A stretch of 64,000 bases of DNA from Pecten maximus (taxonomy: Eukaryota), in assembly GCF_902652985.1 (NCBI RefSeq), contig NC_047020.1, forward strand, positions 9,548,001 to 9,612,000, in the 5' to 3' direction. The notes under the pieces were generated by a model. The model worked only from the letters and a program-made list of their open reading frames with translations, did no database searches and was not told the DNA's origin. The position numbers and the translations under genes were made by a program. Shown here one piece after another: positions 1 to 13,681 of this stretch. Position 1 is the first letter of the stretch; each line of letters begins with the position of its first letter.

Positions 1-1868
1 CTGCACCCGCAACCTTTCATTTTGAAGTAGCTGGACACTGTAGTGCTTCTTCATTTCTTGCTGACAGATAATGCATCGCTTCAGATCCAATTCAATTCGA
101 GAATTGCCGTAAAGAATAAGGTCAAACTAATGTTCTCAATTTCAGGAATTTTGTTGAATGGGATTGGTACCTTTATTCATATAAGATTTATAGAAGTGTT
201 CCATAACTCCAAAGACCTTATTTTTATCATTAGAAAATGCCAACAAGTCTTAAATGTTTTCGAACAAATTCAAGAAAAAAAACTTCTATTTATATTATAT
301 ACTTATTTATACTAGTTATATTACTACATAGTTTACATTTAGGCGCCCCAATTACAGGATAGTAAAAGGCGACTGAATTTGGAATCCTGTCTTTCACTTC
401 TCTTCTAATGTCTCCCTTGAGAGCGCCATCCTTTTGGCCTTTGAGTTGCGCGTTCGCCTCTGGAAAGGTAAGCTATATGTATTTTACTGCGATAGGTGGC
501 CGCCATATTAGATTTGAACCAGAAGTAGTGTCTGGAACATGTTCTAATAAAATGGAAAATGGTGCTTACATATTTTACATTAAAAGATATGATAAAATTC
601 AAAAAATATGATCCAAGCAAAATATGTTTTAATTTCAATGGTTTTAGGTAAATGTGTTCGCAATCTTGGATTTTTACCGGAAGTAGGGCATTTTGGCGAT
701 GGGTCCATATCTGAAATGTTTTGTTAGGTCATAAACTATGTTCAGGCAAAGTTTCATACTTTTACCATAAAATGCAGTATTCCTCAGAAAATCACTAGTT
801 AGCTGCTGTACTACTAGGAATTGAGTTTCCTTTCTACATACATTTCAGAACAGAGCTTGAATTTTCAAAAGTTCTTCTAAAGAGGTTTTACGCATATTCT
901 CTGTTGTCGATACTGATACTGATGCTGCCTTCACCTTGTCATGCCTCCGCAGGGACTCTGTCCATTCTTCTTTTTTTACCATAGTCAATCATTCTTCACC
1001 ATATACATGTCTAATGTATATTCATCAATCATACATACCAAGTGCTAGGTAGTTTCGTGATCAACTTCATACTAGTTTCCTTCTGTGACTTATGTCGAAT
1101 AAGATAAATATCTTTTAAAATTCCCAGGAGACTAAGGAGCTCCGAAAAAAAAACACACAAAAACAAAATTGATATGGTATCATAGATATTGTCAATTTGT
1201 TATATAACAAAGCAGTTAACAATCATTGGTATTAACTTAAACCAATTCAATAATTGTATATTCCATTTTATTTCAAATTAATGTTTCTATGGCATAAGCA
1301 ATAGAAAATCTTTTTCCATAAAACAACTTTAAGATTGTTTTTACTTATTCATAAGAATCAATTATTACATACTACAGGTTTGGGGTCATCATCGTATTGT
1401 GACCGATTTCCTGTCCGATTTGCATTTACGATAATACACAATCCACATCAAAAGACAGCTCTAAAACATGGTACCGCTAAAATTCTACTTGTTACTGTGG
1501 ATATACAATAGAGGTACATTTGATATATAATGGATAGATACAATACCTGTAAACAGTAGGAACAACAGGAACACCGGACCGGAGATGAAACTAGACGTAA
1601 ACAAATGTAGCGACGATGCTCCCATCGTATCACAAAGGCGTTAATCTCCAACAACTGCTAGTCAGGCTAAGACTGTATACTTTATCAAACAAAACAATTT
1701 ATACACCTCTATATTGATTGGTTTCTGCCGGCTGAAACATGTAGGAAGCATCTATATAACCAATGGAACCTAGGATAGCAAGGTAATCCATTAACGTATT
1801 ATTAGAACATGTGATCAGATGTACGGCCGTGCATCAAATCCAGAAAGGAGGTTAGGTAAATCAAAATG

Positions 1869-1927
1869 GGTCTAAACACTAATTGGCACATATAGCTTCC
1901 CTATATGTGCCAATTAGTGTTTAGACC
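1869..1927. repeat. Perfect 27-bp inverted repeat with 5-nt loop
   Basis: GGTCTAAACACTAATTGGCACATATAG-cttcc-CTATATGTGCCAATTAGTGTTTAGACC; the arms are exact reverse complements. Confidence 0.9.
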
Positions 1928-4559
1928 TCATCAATTAATCAGGCTTTATCTATTGAAAAATTTAAGTTGAACGTGATGTACATAATATGAACTGGTGTTA
2001 TGTATAATTGATTTATCTCCTTCCTATGAACAATCTCAATTGATAATCTTATTTGATTTGGACTTAATCAGAATTATACAATTTTATGTTTTATTTTAAT
2101 TCTTATATGGTACCAGTTTATATGCGGTAGGGAGATGCGTGTTTGGTCAACACATGAGAAGAAGACTACTGGTATTTACCAGATGGACATTATAGTCAGA
2201 AACTCTGTTGTTGATCAGGCACTTGTCTCTCTCCTGCATAGTAAACGAGTTCTCATAAATATTTAACAATAATTTCAAAATTATTATTATAAGAAAATAC
2301 ATAAGATTATCGTAATATATTATTCACAAATACTCTTTCTATATATATATACTGTAATTTCCATTCTTGACTAATAACCAAATACTAATTATTTGAAATA
2401 AATGTAATAATTTATGGAGAGAACTTTAATATAGGCTTAGCCTGATGTTCAATCCATTTGATTATCAATAAAATATGTTGAAATATAAAATATATGAACT
2501 GGTGTCAATATTCGTAACAATTAAACAGTAAAATTATCTTACATTCAGCAAAGACTACAAAAGCAGTACTACTTTAAATTGGATGATTCCGTGTAAGTAA
2601 TCATATCAATAATACAATTAGAATGAGAACAGACAGGCATGTCATCATTCACAAGATGCCAACCTAAGGTCATTATATCATATAACAGCCGTATAGGAAA
2701 GACAATTAAAATATGCATAATAACAAAACCTTAGACAAGCATCCCCGTTCAGTTTAAACTCTTATTGTTTTGTGTGTAATATTGAAACGAAGTGTCGAAC
2801 ATTGTAACAACACTCATGGAAATGGTATCTAAATCAAAGATGTGGGATATCAAGGAAAACGTGAGAACAGTCTCACTCATCAGCAGATCAATTGTCCTCC
2901 TGAAGAAGTATGGTATACATTCCACATACCAATTACTACGTATCATTTGCATGATAAACTGTACCACAGAGCGAGAATTCAATTTGTGTTATCAGTTCTA
3001 AGCCATGCTGTTAATGATTTTTGTGATGTATCTGCTTTTCAAGCCTTGCAACTTGTGCAGAAACGTTTCCAAGTTTTAAAAAATCAATTAGTTCAATATG
3101 GTGTGATACCTAGGAGTTGAAAGGCTTTGTTTTATGTGAACATCCTTTCAATATATGGTTGTTGATTATTGCATTCTGTGCCCGAGGTATTGGTTACAAT
3201 ATCAGATATTCAAGAGTAATAATCGTCTTGGTTGAGATGTGAGATATACACTATGTATAAGATTGTTCTGAAAAAATAAACTGTTTTAAGATAGAGTATG
3301 TCAACGTGCGATTATGTATGTAGACTTTCTTCTAACGTGGTGTTAATCCCCATTTGCTATCTCACATAGCTATATACAAAGTCAAACGTGCATTGTACAC
3401 AAACACGGCGGCACTAATGGTATTCGATCCAAGGGCCTTTTTATACAAATGAGTGAACTTGTCCATTACGCTTCGTGCCATGGCACTGTTTCTAACTTGA
3501 CTGCAAATAATTTTCAAAGCAACCTTAAAGGAATCTCATTTGTAAGCATAGACGATGTAACGAAAGACCTACATACAATAAAAAAAAACGTTGGGACACT
3601 TTACCATAACTCAATTGTATCGTAATCAGTGAAATGTGTCGGAAAATGAAGCAGAATCGATGATTGTTAAGGGAATTTGTGTGTCCGCCATGAACCTGTT
3701 CTACTTTGTCTTAGTTTACATTGGGTGTCACTCTACGGTCAGTATATATTGGTCCGATACATTAAATATGTATCATCACGTGAAGAAAGTATGTTAAATA
3801 GAGAAAGAAGAAAAATACCCATGTGATTCTGGTACAAGATATATAAGACATCCTCTGTTGTGACAGAGGTGTAGTAAACATGATCACATGGTTTCATATT
3901 CATACCATCATGCTAATTTAGAATCCCACAATGTTAAAGAACCATCTTCAATTATACATGTATGTCATCGATTGGAAATGTTCTCCCATACTTTACATGT
4001 ATAAATCTCCCCTTTTTTGGTGGGTAAAAAATAAGTATCTTTTACCGGGGCAGAGAAAAGATGGCTAACACGCTATGACGCCACTCACAATAGCGTCACA
4101 AATCGATAACGTCATTAATTTTCACGCTCTTATTTAGGACATGGATGATAGTGCGATGAAAAGGTTTTACAATTCACATCTTTAAATACATTGTATGTGA
4201 GAAAATCAAACATGGGTCTTGCCATGGACAGGGCTGTATCAGCCCTCGTTTAAGAGTTTGGCTTGTCAGCACTCGACAAGCTTCGTCCTGAGCTCCACAT
4301 CTCATTTATTATCTTTTTTACATTGTACTTTGTGAACTTCTGTATTTTCTCTGTTACCCTGATAACCCATTATGACCATTTCTTACTTCCTGAATCCCCA
4401 TGTTTTTTTTCTGTTAGTCCTATGCTTTCTTAGCTACATCAAATACCCTCCTCTGTGTTTGCGTATTACCTCCTTAGCCAACTCCCACCCCACTTACCCC
4501 TCCCACCCCACCCCCGCACCCCCTCCTCACCACCACGAGTGTTCTTCCTTGAGCACTTT

Positions 4560-6200
4560 GTTTTCCCTGTTAATCCCTGATCTCTCTTAAATTTTTTTCT
4601 ACTAGATATTACTCCCTAACCCATTCCCTATTCCACAGCCATGAGTGTTACTCCCTGATCTCAATTTTGTTTTTCCTGTTAGTCCCTGAGCCCTCTCTTC
4701 ACCACCATGATTGTGACTCCCTCTATGCTTTTTATATTCCTCCCAGAGCCCCTCTCCTCCACCATGAATGTTCCCCCTGGGCCCCTTTTGTTTTCTCTCT
4801 CTAAGCCCCCTATGTTTTGTCTGTTACTCCCTCAGCTTCCCCATTTCCGCCAACATGAGTGATACTGCCTATGCTTCCTTTTCTTTTCTCTAATACTCCT
4901 TTAGCCCCTATGTTTTCCCTGTTCCTCACTGAACTCAATATGTTTTCTCTGTCATTCTTTGATCTTTCTATGCATTGGCTGTTACTCCATGAGCCTCTTG
5001 TCTTTTCTCTGTTACTCCCTGAGACCCCTATTGTGTATCTGTTACTCCATATGCCCCCAATGTTTTGTCTATAACACCCCCAGCCCGCTTTATATTGTCT
5101 TTGACACTCTGAGACCCCTTAAATTCTGTTTGTTACTCCCTAATACCCCTTTGTTTTATGTTACTCTCTGAACCCTCTATATATTCTCTGTGACACCTTT
5201 ATCAGTTTCTCTCTGAACCCTCTATATATTCTCTGTGACACCTTTATCAGTTACTCTCTGGACCCCCATTATATTCTCTTTTACAACTTTGTCAGTTACC
5301 CTCTAAACCGCCTATATATTCTCTGTTACACATTTGTCAGCTTCTCTCTGAACCCCCTATATATTCTCTGTGACATCTTTGTCAGTTAACCTCTGAAACC
5401 CATATATATTCTTTGACTCCCTTTGTCAGTTTCTCTGTGAACCCCTTTCTGTGACACCTTTAATTTGTCAGTTACTCTCTGAGCCCCCTATATAATCTCT
5501 GAGCCGCCTATATATTCTCTGTTACAACTTTGCCTGTTAATCTCTGAGCCGCCTATATATTCTCTGTTACAACTTTGCCTGTTAATCTCTGAGCCGCCTA
5601 TATATTCTCTGTTACAACTTTGCCTGTTAATCTCTGAGCCGCCTATATATTCTCTGTTACAACTTTGCCTGTTAATCTCTGAGCCGCCTAAATATTCTCT
5701 GTTACAACTTTGCCTGTTAATCTCTGAGTCGCCTATATATTCTCTGTTACAACTTTGCCTGTTAATCTCTGAGCCGCCTATATATTCTCTGTTACAACTT
5801 TGCCTGTTAATCTCTGAGCCGCCTATATATTCTCTGTTACAACTTTGCCTGTTAATCTCTGAGCCGCCTGACACCCCTGTTTTATGTGTTACTCCATGAA
5901 CCTCTTATGTTTGGTGTGTTACTCTTTGAGTACCCTAATTTGTGCCTGTTGATTTATGAGACCCTATGTTTTGTCTGTTACTCTTTGAGTACCCTAATTT
6001 TTGCCTGTTACTTACCGAGACCCTTTGTTTTGCCTGTTACTTCCTGAGACCCGTTTTGTTGATTACTACGTTTTTTTATTACTCCCTCAGACCCCTATAT
6101 TTTGTATGTTACTATATTTTGCCTTTTACTCCATGAGGCCCCTTTGTAGTCTCTGTTGCTCCCTTATATTAGCTTCCTTTCTCTCTGCTACTCCCTATTC
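4560..6200. repeat. Pyrimidine-rich degenerate minisatellite with a homogeneous core of about 8 x 45 bp (5495-5868)
   Basis: Core unit TCTCTGAGCCGCCTATATATTCTCTGTTACAACTTTGCCTGTTAA; flanks are decayed ~30-bp units (TGTTACTCCCTGAGACCCC...). Confidence 0.85.
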
Positions 6201-7351
6201 ACCTAACGTTGTGTTTGAACTCTAAGCGTCCGCCATTGGCGATATACTATATACCGTTGTTGCCTCGGGGTTGATAATTTAAAGCCCCTTTCATGATTTC
6301 GGAATACATATTTCCGAATATTTAGGTAGTGGATGTTTGTTATGATGGGAGTCTACCACAGATGAGTCCTACGTGGATGGGGAATTTTTTCAGATTTTCT
6401 TCATCGCTAAACTGAAAATATATATTTTATCACTTTCATGGATTATTTCAGAGTCTCTTATGCTCATGTTTTATTTGTAGCTGAATATAATCGTCCGTGC
6501 CTCTTATGAAATTGATTAAAATCTTTACGTTTTGCCACGCCCGTCAATTATGCTACTCAATAGATTTTATAAATGTTATATATGTATAGTGACTATTGCG
6601 CAATTATTGAATTGTGTGCGAACTGAAGCAGGAGACCTTTTATGGACAGATGTTTACATATACAGTTAAGATCACTTTTCCGACACTACAAATGATTTTG
6701 TAAAACAAGTTGTAGACAGACATCTAAAAATGCATTAATGCATCAGCGTTCTTTCAGTTCTCTATCGAAATGTATTGAAATGTAAGGAGAAATGAATCCC
6801 TATGGAACATTACACCACTTTAACAAATGAACCATTCTAGGTTTGCAATCTATAAACTTTACTAACCGAATCGCTTTATTACAGGACACTTTATGTCTGT
6901 ATCATTGTAACTGTCAGGTAATATACTCATTTACCAGTTCTCCAAGTACTCATCTAAATGTGTAGGGCAGGGGACGTGCATTATGCATTGTATTATTATG
7001 GAGTACACCTATATATGTATATCGTTACGTGTAACGGTTCATGTACAATTAGTGTCTCCCGAGTCTAAATGTGATATAAAATACAGTATAATGTACTGTC
7101 TGTATCATTGTACAAATGCATTTGTCACCTTGTCGTTTTAACATATTCCAGTTCTGTGGTGCGGTACAGTAATAGAGATTGCTTAGCTGGCCTTAAACTA
7201 TTGTTAATTTCAATTAGTAGATCATTGTTAACTGATCCGTATTAATGTTTTATGTCCTTCGGTCACTTCTAGTAGAGTTAAAATACAGCATATCACAGCT
7301 TCTCCGTGATTTGGAAAAAAACCAGTAAGATTATGGCTCATATAATACGAA

Positions 7352-8023
7352 ACAAACAACGCCATCATACCCTCGTCAAACAGCGCCATCATACCCTCGT
7401 CAAACAACGCCATCATACCCTCGTCCCTCGTCAAACAACGCCATCATACCCTCGTCAAACAACGCCATCATACCCTCGTCCCTCGTCAAACAACGCCATC
7501 ATGCCCTCGTCAAACAGCGCCATCATACCCTCGTCAAACAGCGCCATCATACCCTCGTCAAACAGCGCCATCATACCCTCGTCAAACAACGCCATCATAC
7601 CCTCGTCCCTCGTCAAACAACGCCATCATACCCTCGTCAAACAACGCCATCATACCCTCGTCCCTCGTCAAACAACGCCATCATACCCTCGTCAAACAAC
7701 GCCATCATACCCTCGTCCCTCGTCAAACAACGCCATCATACCCTCGTCAAACAGCGCCATCATACCCTCGTCAAACAGCGCCATCATACCCTCGTCAAAC
7801 AGCGCCATCATACCCTCGTCAAACAACGCCATCATACCCTCGTCCCTCGTCAAACAACGCCATCATACCCTCGTCAAACAACGCCATCATACCCTCGTCC
7901 CCCGTCAAACAACGCCATCATACCATCGTCAAACAGCGCCATCATACTCTCTTCAAACAACGCCATGATGTCCTTGTCCCTCGTCAAACAACGCCATCAT
8001 ACCCTCGTCAAACAGCGCCATCA
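7352..8023. repeat. 24-bp minisatellite A, left part
   Basis: Unit CGCCATCATACCCTCGTCAAACA(A/G) with recurrent 7-bp CCTCGTC duplications. Confidence 0.95.
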
Positions 8024-8960
8024 ATGCTTAAACCTTTTGCGGTAGGAAGTCAGATGTGCTCGAGGCTTGTTGATATACCTTGTAGTAGTGGTTCCGTTGT
8101 CACCACCCTAGTTCCTTGTTGATATACCTAGTGGTTCCGTTGTCACCACCCTAGTTCCTTGTTGATATACCTAGTGGTTCCGTTGTCACCACCCTAGTTC
8201 CTTGTTGATATACCTGGTGGTTCCGTTGTCACCACCCTAGTTCCTTGTTGATATACCTGGTGGTTCCGTTGTCACTACCCTAGTTCCTTGTTGATATACC
8301 TGGTGGTTCCGTTGTCACTACCCTAGTTCCTTGTTGATATACCTGGTGGTTCCGTTGTCACCACCCTAGTTCCTTGTTGATATACCTAGTGGTTCCGTTG
8401 TCACCACCCTAGTTCCTTGTTGATATACCTAGTAGTAGTGGTTCCGTTGTCACTACCCTAGTTCCTTGTTGATATACCTAGTGGTCCCGTTGTCACCACC
8501 CTAGTTCCTTGTTGATATACCTAGTGGTTCCGTTGTCACCACCCTAGTTTCTTGTTGATATACCTAGTGGTTCCGTTGTCACCACCCTAGTTCCTTGTTG
8601 ATATACCTAGTGGTCCCGTTGTCACCTACCTAGTTCCTTGTTGATATACCTAGTGGTTCTGTTGTCACCACCCTAGTTCCTTGTTGATATACCTAGTGGT
8701 TCTGTTGTCACTACCCTAGTTCTTTGTTGATATACCTAGTGGTTCCGTTGTCACCACCCTAGTTCCTTGTTGATATACCTAGTAGTAGTAGTTCCGTTGT
8801 CACCACCCTAGTTTCTTGTTGATATACCTAGTGGTTCCGTTGTCACCACCCTAGTTCCTTGTTGATATACCTAGTGGTCCCGTTGTCACCACCCTAGTTC
8901 CTTGTTGATATACCTAGTGGTTCTGTTGTCACCACCCTAGTTCCTTGTTGATATACCTAG
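8021..8960. repeat. 43-bp minisatellite B plus unique leader, inserted inside array A
   Basis: Leader TCAATGCTTAAACCTTTTGCGGTAGGAAGTCAGATGTGCTCGAGG matches 11575 onward; unit CTAGTGGTTCCGTTGTCACCACCCTAGTTCCTTGTTGATATAC. Confidence 0.95.
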
Positions 8961-9465
8961 CGCCATCATACCCTCGTCAAACAGCGCCATCATGCCCTCG
9001 TCCCTCGTCAAACAACGCCATCATACCCTCGTCAAACAGCGCCATCATGCCCTCGTCCCTCGTCAAACAACGCCATCATACCCTCGTCCCTCGTCAAACA
9101 ACGCCATCATACCCTCGTCAAACAGCGCCATCATACCCTCGTCAAACAGCGCCATCATGCCCTCGTAAAACAACGCCATCATACCCTCGTCAAACAGCGC
9201 CATCATGCCCTCGTCAAACAACGCCATCATACCCTCGTCCCTCGTCAAACAACGCAATCATACCTTCGTCAAACATCGCCATCATACCCTCGTCAAACAT
9301 GGCCATCATACCCTCGTTAAACAACGTCATCATACCCTCGTCAAACATGGCCATCATGCCCTCGTCAAATAATGCCATCATGCCCTCGTCAAACAACGTC
9401 ATCTTACCCTCGTTAAACAACGCCATCATATCCTTGCCAAACAACGCAATCATACCCTCGTCACT
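8961..9465. repeat. 24-bp minisatellite A, right part
   Basis: Same unit as 7352-8023, decaying toward 9465. Confidence 0.95.
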
Positions 9466-10399
9466 CAATACTGTCTATGGGCCTTTGTCATGTCGCCATT
9501 CCCTCACTGGAGTCACCGTACCGGGAAACAAGAGGAACTTCGTCATGTATCAGACTGCTTGGCACTGTTGCAATTGCCACTTGAATACGGTAGGGAACTT
9601 GTACTATTTAGAACTCTCCAGGTCTTGTATTCTCCAGAACTTTCAAGAACTTGAACTCTCCATAGCTTGATTTCTCCGGAATCATGCTGTCAAATAAATG
9701 CAGCGTCATTGTTAACTTCTCAGAGTCGACGTAAACTCAGTCATGGACATACAACAGACAAGCCGGATACACATTTTGGTTCGCTTTTGTTGCCAGTAGT
9801 ACGTGCATTGTTTACAACAGAATTCGGCTAAACTGTTCCTGGTGGCCTTTGGAAAGTAGCATGGCAGCTTCGTAAAATAATTTATTTCAAGTTTGACTGT
9901 ACAGAATGCTCCAGCAACGCGGCGCTTCTTGGAAGTTGATTTGCCAACAAGGGAATAAGGGAACATCAAGTAGAGATGTTCGAATAAGTCTGCTAAAGCT
10001 AACATAATATCGTACTTCAAAACGCTGAAACTGCCAAATTTGGATTATCTACAAACAATTCTTCCTGTGACATTTCAGTTAATCTACTGTCCCGCTGGAC
10101 ACGTCATAATTGGCGATCTAGTATTATACAAAATGATAAGCAATAGGTTAAATGGTTGATTTCGACAATGTTTTACTATCGCAGCCGGCCAAGATAAAAG
10201 CAACAGTGCGCCTTGCGAAGAGTGGCAATGCGGCATGAGTCAAAATCAAACAACAGGGACCTGAGGAGTTATTACAGTCTACGTGTATTTGGACCTTCCC
10301 TAGTGTATATAGCATATTGTATGTTCAGGCATGAGGATGGGCGGGGGAGGAGGCGGCGGCGGCTAAATTAAAATTCGGTAAAAATGACACCCTCGGTGT

Positions 10400-11220
10400 T
10401 CATTATAAGGAGCACCACCATTCTTAGCACAATGAACGCAGGGCTCCAGTCTTATTGCGATAATATTTACTCGAGCAGTGGAATGATGATTTTGAACAAT
10501 TGCTCAGAAAAAAAAGTTTCTTCTATCAAAACGTTTTTCTTTCACATTTAACTTACAGAACCCATTCGTTTTTATCTGATGGGAACGTTCTTTTCTAAGA
10601 AAGGCAAACGGCACAAGTAAATAGTTATGAACTTTACGGGAGCGTATCTGATCGACAACGCCTCTGTTGATTTGAGTTTGGTATCAGACTATTGGGAAAC
10701 AAATGTGCGCTCTGTTGGTAAACATGAGTTTGTTTTCATATAAGGTTCATTTAAATGAAGAATTTAAGCAGAACAGAGACTTCGTGAAGTCGTCCAGTTT
10801 CACATAGATAGACATGATGCATTAACGATGTTCTACCTGTATCTTGTATTGCCAATGCCGATCGGATATATACCCTGTAGAACTTCTAATTTAGCACACT
10901 AGACTCAAAATTGGCCACTTAACGCTTTACTATCTACATGCCAAGCTGTATGATAAGCGTGATTGATTCATTTCCCACAGTTTTTATTTTTATTTTTATA
11001 GTACAACATTCCACATTCCCTACCTACGGTGTTTAATGTCCCAGTCATTTCGATATTCAAAGACGTACGTGTTCCCATTATCACAAATTCCGTGATTTTC
11101 GATTTTCGAGAGATGCATATTGCTGGAGACTACAGGAAGGTTTAAAGAGACTACAGGAAGGTTTAAAGAGACTACAGGAAGGTTTAAAGGCCGATATCGT
11201 GATCTCAGTTAGAAATATTC
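10400..11220 (+). mobile_element. Decayed Penelope-like reverse transcriptase fragment
   Basis: Interrupted motifs in the expected order: LIDN, YQTIG..(T)NCA, LFSY, FT.(YI)DD, LYDKRD, NIPHSPTYGV; many stops and frameshifts. Confidence 0.55.
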
Positions 11221-11445
11221 CTTTATAATTAATTTTTCTTTGTTTTCATGGTAAATACTCAAATGTGATTGGTCGAAAAATTCTTCTATGAAAGAAATTC
11301 CGAGAATGGCGTGAAAAATGTGACGTCACAATACGACAATTGACGTTGCGTATTGATTTGAGAAAAAGAATCCCAAATAAAACCCGTAAAATTGTACATA
11401 AAACATGTTTTGAATTAGAAAAAGACAATTAACTGAAAGTAATTA

Positions 11446-11584
11446 TAAGCATTGAGGTTGATTTTTTTTAAATTTCCATCGGGTTATGAAAAGATTTTTT
11501 TTTTGCTAAGCGGATTCATACAGTTTGCAAAAAAAAATATTTTCATACCCCGATGAAAATTAAAAAAATCAACCTCAATGCTTA
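11446..11584. mobile_element. Long palindrome ending at TTAA; probable end of a non-autonomous DNA transposon
   Basis: TAAGCATTGAGGTTGATTTTTTT...AAAAAAATCAACCTCAATGCTTA with imperfect ~60-bp arms. Confidence 0.6.
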
Positions 11585-11619
11585 AACCTTTTGCGGTAGG
11601 AAGTCAGATGTGCTCGAGG

Positions 11620-13545
11620 CTTGTTGATATACCTTGTAGTAGTGGTTACGTTGTCACCACCCTAGTTCCTTGTTGATATACCTAGTGGTTCCGTTGTCAC
11701 CACCCTAGTTCCTTGTTGATATACCTAGTGGTTCCGTTGTCACCACCCTAGTTCCTTGTTGATATACCTGGTGGTTCCGTTGTCACCACCCTAGTTCCTT
11801 GTTGATATACCTGGTGGTTCCGTTGTCACTACCCTAGTTCCTTGTTGATATACCTGGTGGTTCCGTTGTCACCAAACTAGTTCCTTGTTGATATACCTAC
11901 TTGAAGTGGTTCCGTTGTCACCACCATAGTTCCTTGTTGATATACCTAATAGTTCCGTTGTCTCGACCCTAGTTCCTTGTTGATATACCTACTTGTAGTG
12001 GTTCTGTTGTCTCGACCCTAGTTCCTTGTTGATATACCTAGTAGTAGTAGTGGATTCGTTGTCTCGACCCTAGTTCCTTGTTAATATTCTTACTTGTAGT
12101 GGTTCCGTTGTCACTACCCTAGTTCCTTGTTGATATACCTAGTAGTAGTGGTTTCGTTGTCACCACCCTAGTTCCCTGTTGATATACCTAGTGGTTCTGT
12201 TGTCACCACCCTAGTTCCTTGTTGATATACCTAGTAGTAGTGGTTCCGTTGTCACCACCCTAGTTCCTTGTTGATATACCTAGTAGTAGTGGTTCTGTTG
12301 TCACCACCCTAGTTCTTTGTTGATATACCTAGTGGTTCAGTTGTCACTACCCTAGTTCCTTGTTGATATACCTGGTGGTTCCGTTGTCTCGACCCTAGTT
12401 CCTTGTTAATATTCTTACTTGTAGTGGTTCCGTTGTCTCGACCCTAGTTCCTTGTTGATATGCCTAGTGGTTCCGTTGTCACCACCCTAGTTCCTTGTTG
12501 ATATACCTAGTAGTAGTGGTTCCGTTGTCTCGACCCTAGTTCTTTGTTGATATACCTAGTGGTTCCGTTGTCTCGACCCTAGTTCTTTGTTGATATACCT
12601 AGTGGTTCCGTTGTCTCGACCCTAGTTCTTTGTTGATATACCTAGTAGTAGTGGTTCCGTTTTCACTACCCTAGTTCTTTGTTGATATACCTAGTGGTTC
12701 TGTTGTCTCGACCCTAGTTCCTTGTTGATATACCTAGTGGTTCTGTTGTCACCACCCTAGTTCCTTGTTGATATACCTGGTGGTTCTGTTGTCACTACCC
12801 TAGTTCTTTGTTGATATACCTAGTGGTTCCGTGGTCACCACCCTAGTTCCTTGTTGATATACCTAGTAGTAGTGGTTCCGTTGTCTCGACCCTAGTTCCT
12901 TGTAGATATACATAGTGGTTCTGTTGTCTCGATCCTAGTTCCTTGTAGATATACATAGTGGTTCCGTTGTCTCGATCCTAGTTCCTTGTTAATAGTCTTA
13001 CTTGTAGTGGTTCCGTTGTCACCACCCTAGTTCCTTGTTGATATACCTAGTAGTAGTGGTTCTGTTGTCACCACCCTAGTTCCTTTTTGATATACCTAGT
13101 AGTAGTAGTTCCGTTGTCACCACCCTAGTTCCTTGTTGATATACCTAGTGGTTCCGTTGTCACCACCCTAGTTCCTTGTTGATATACCTAGTGGTTCCGT
13201 TGTCACCACCCTAGTTCCTTGTTGATATACCTAGTAGTAGTGGTTCCGTTGTCTCGACCCTAGTTCCTTGTAGATATACATAGTGGTTCTGTTGTCTCGA
13301 TCCTAGTTCCTTGTAGATATACATAGTGGTTCCGTTGTCTCGATCCTAGTTCCTTGTTAATAGTCTTACTTGTAGTGGTTCCGTTGTCACCACACTAGTT
13401 CCTTGTTGATATACCTAGTAGTAGTGGTTCTGTTGTCACCACCCTAGTTCTTTGTTGATATACGTAGTGGTTTCGTTGTCACTACCCTGGTTCCTTGTTG
13501 ATATACCTAGTAGTAGTGGTTTCGTTGTCACTACACTGGTTCCTA
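11620..13545. repeat. 43-bp minisatellite B, main array (about 40-45 units)
   Basis: Same unit as 8065-8960, with variable (TAG)n insertions and CTCGAC/CACCAC variants. Confidence 0.95.
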
Positions 13546-13681
13546 TTTGAGAATGTGACGTAATCTTGATTTGACCCAGATGAATACGGAGGATGCCATC
13601 GATGTATCAAAAGACGCCTGCCATTCAATAAAACCTCTTACTTTGACTTCATTTTATCGATTTAGATGAAGAATTGCGTCT

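Noticed and set aside
340-815. GTAAAAGGCGACT motif and a TE-like end (TTAGCTGCTGTACTA)
   Set aside because: Probably SINE/RTE and DNA-transposon remnants, but too short to classify without a repeat library.
2749-3120. Overlapping short ORFs
   Set aside because: No recognisable domain and multiple stops in neighbouring sequence; cannot be supported as a gene.
5488-5874. 128-aa repetitive ORF (GGSEINRQSCNREYI)n
   Set aside because: Stop-free reading of a 45-bp tandem repeat.
7306-7968. 220-aa ORF (also 8945-9670 and the antisense DEGMMALF ORFs)
   Set aside because: Translations of the 24-bp minisatellite; the frame shifts with 7-bp duplications and there is no gene structure.
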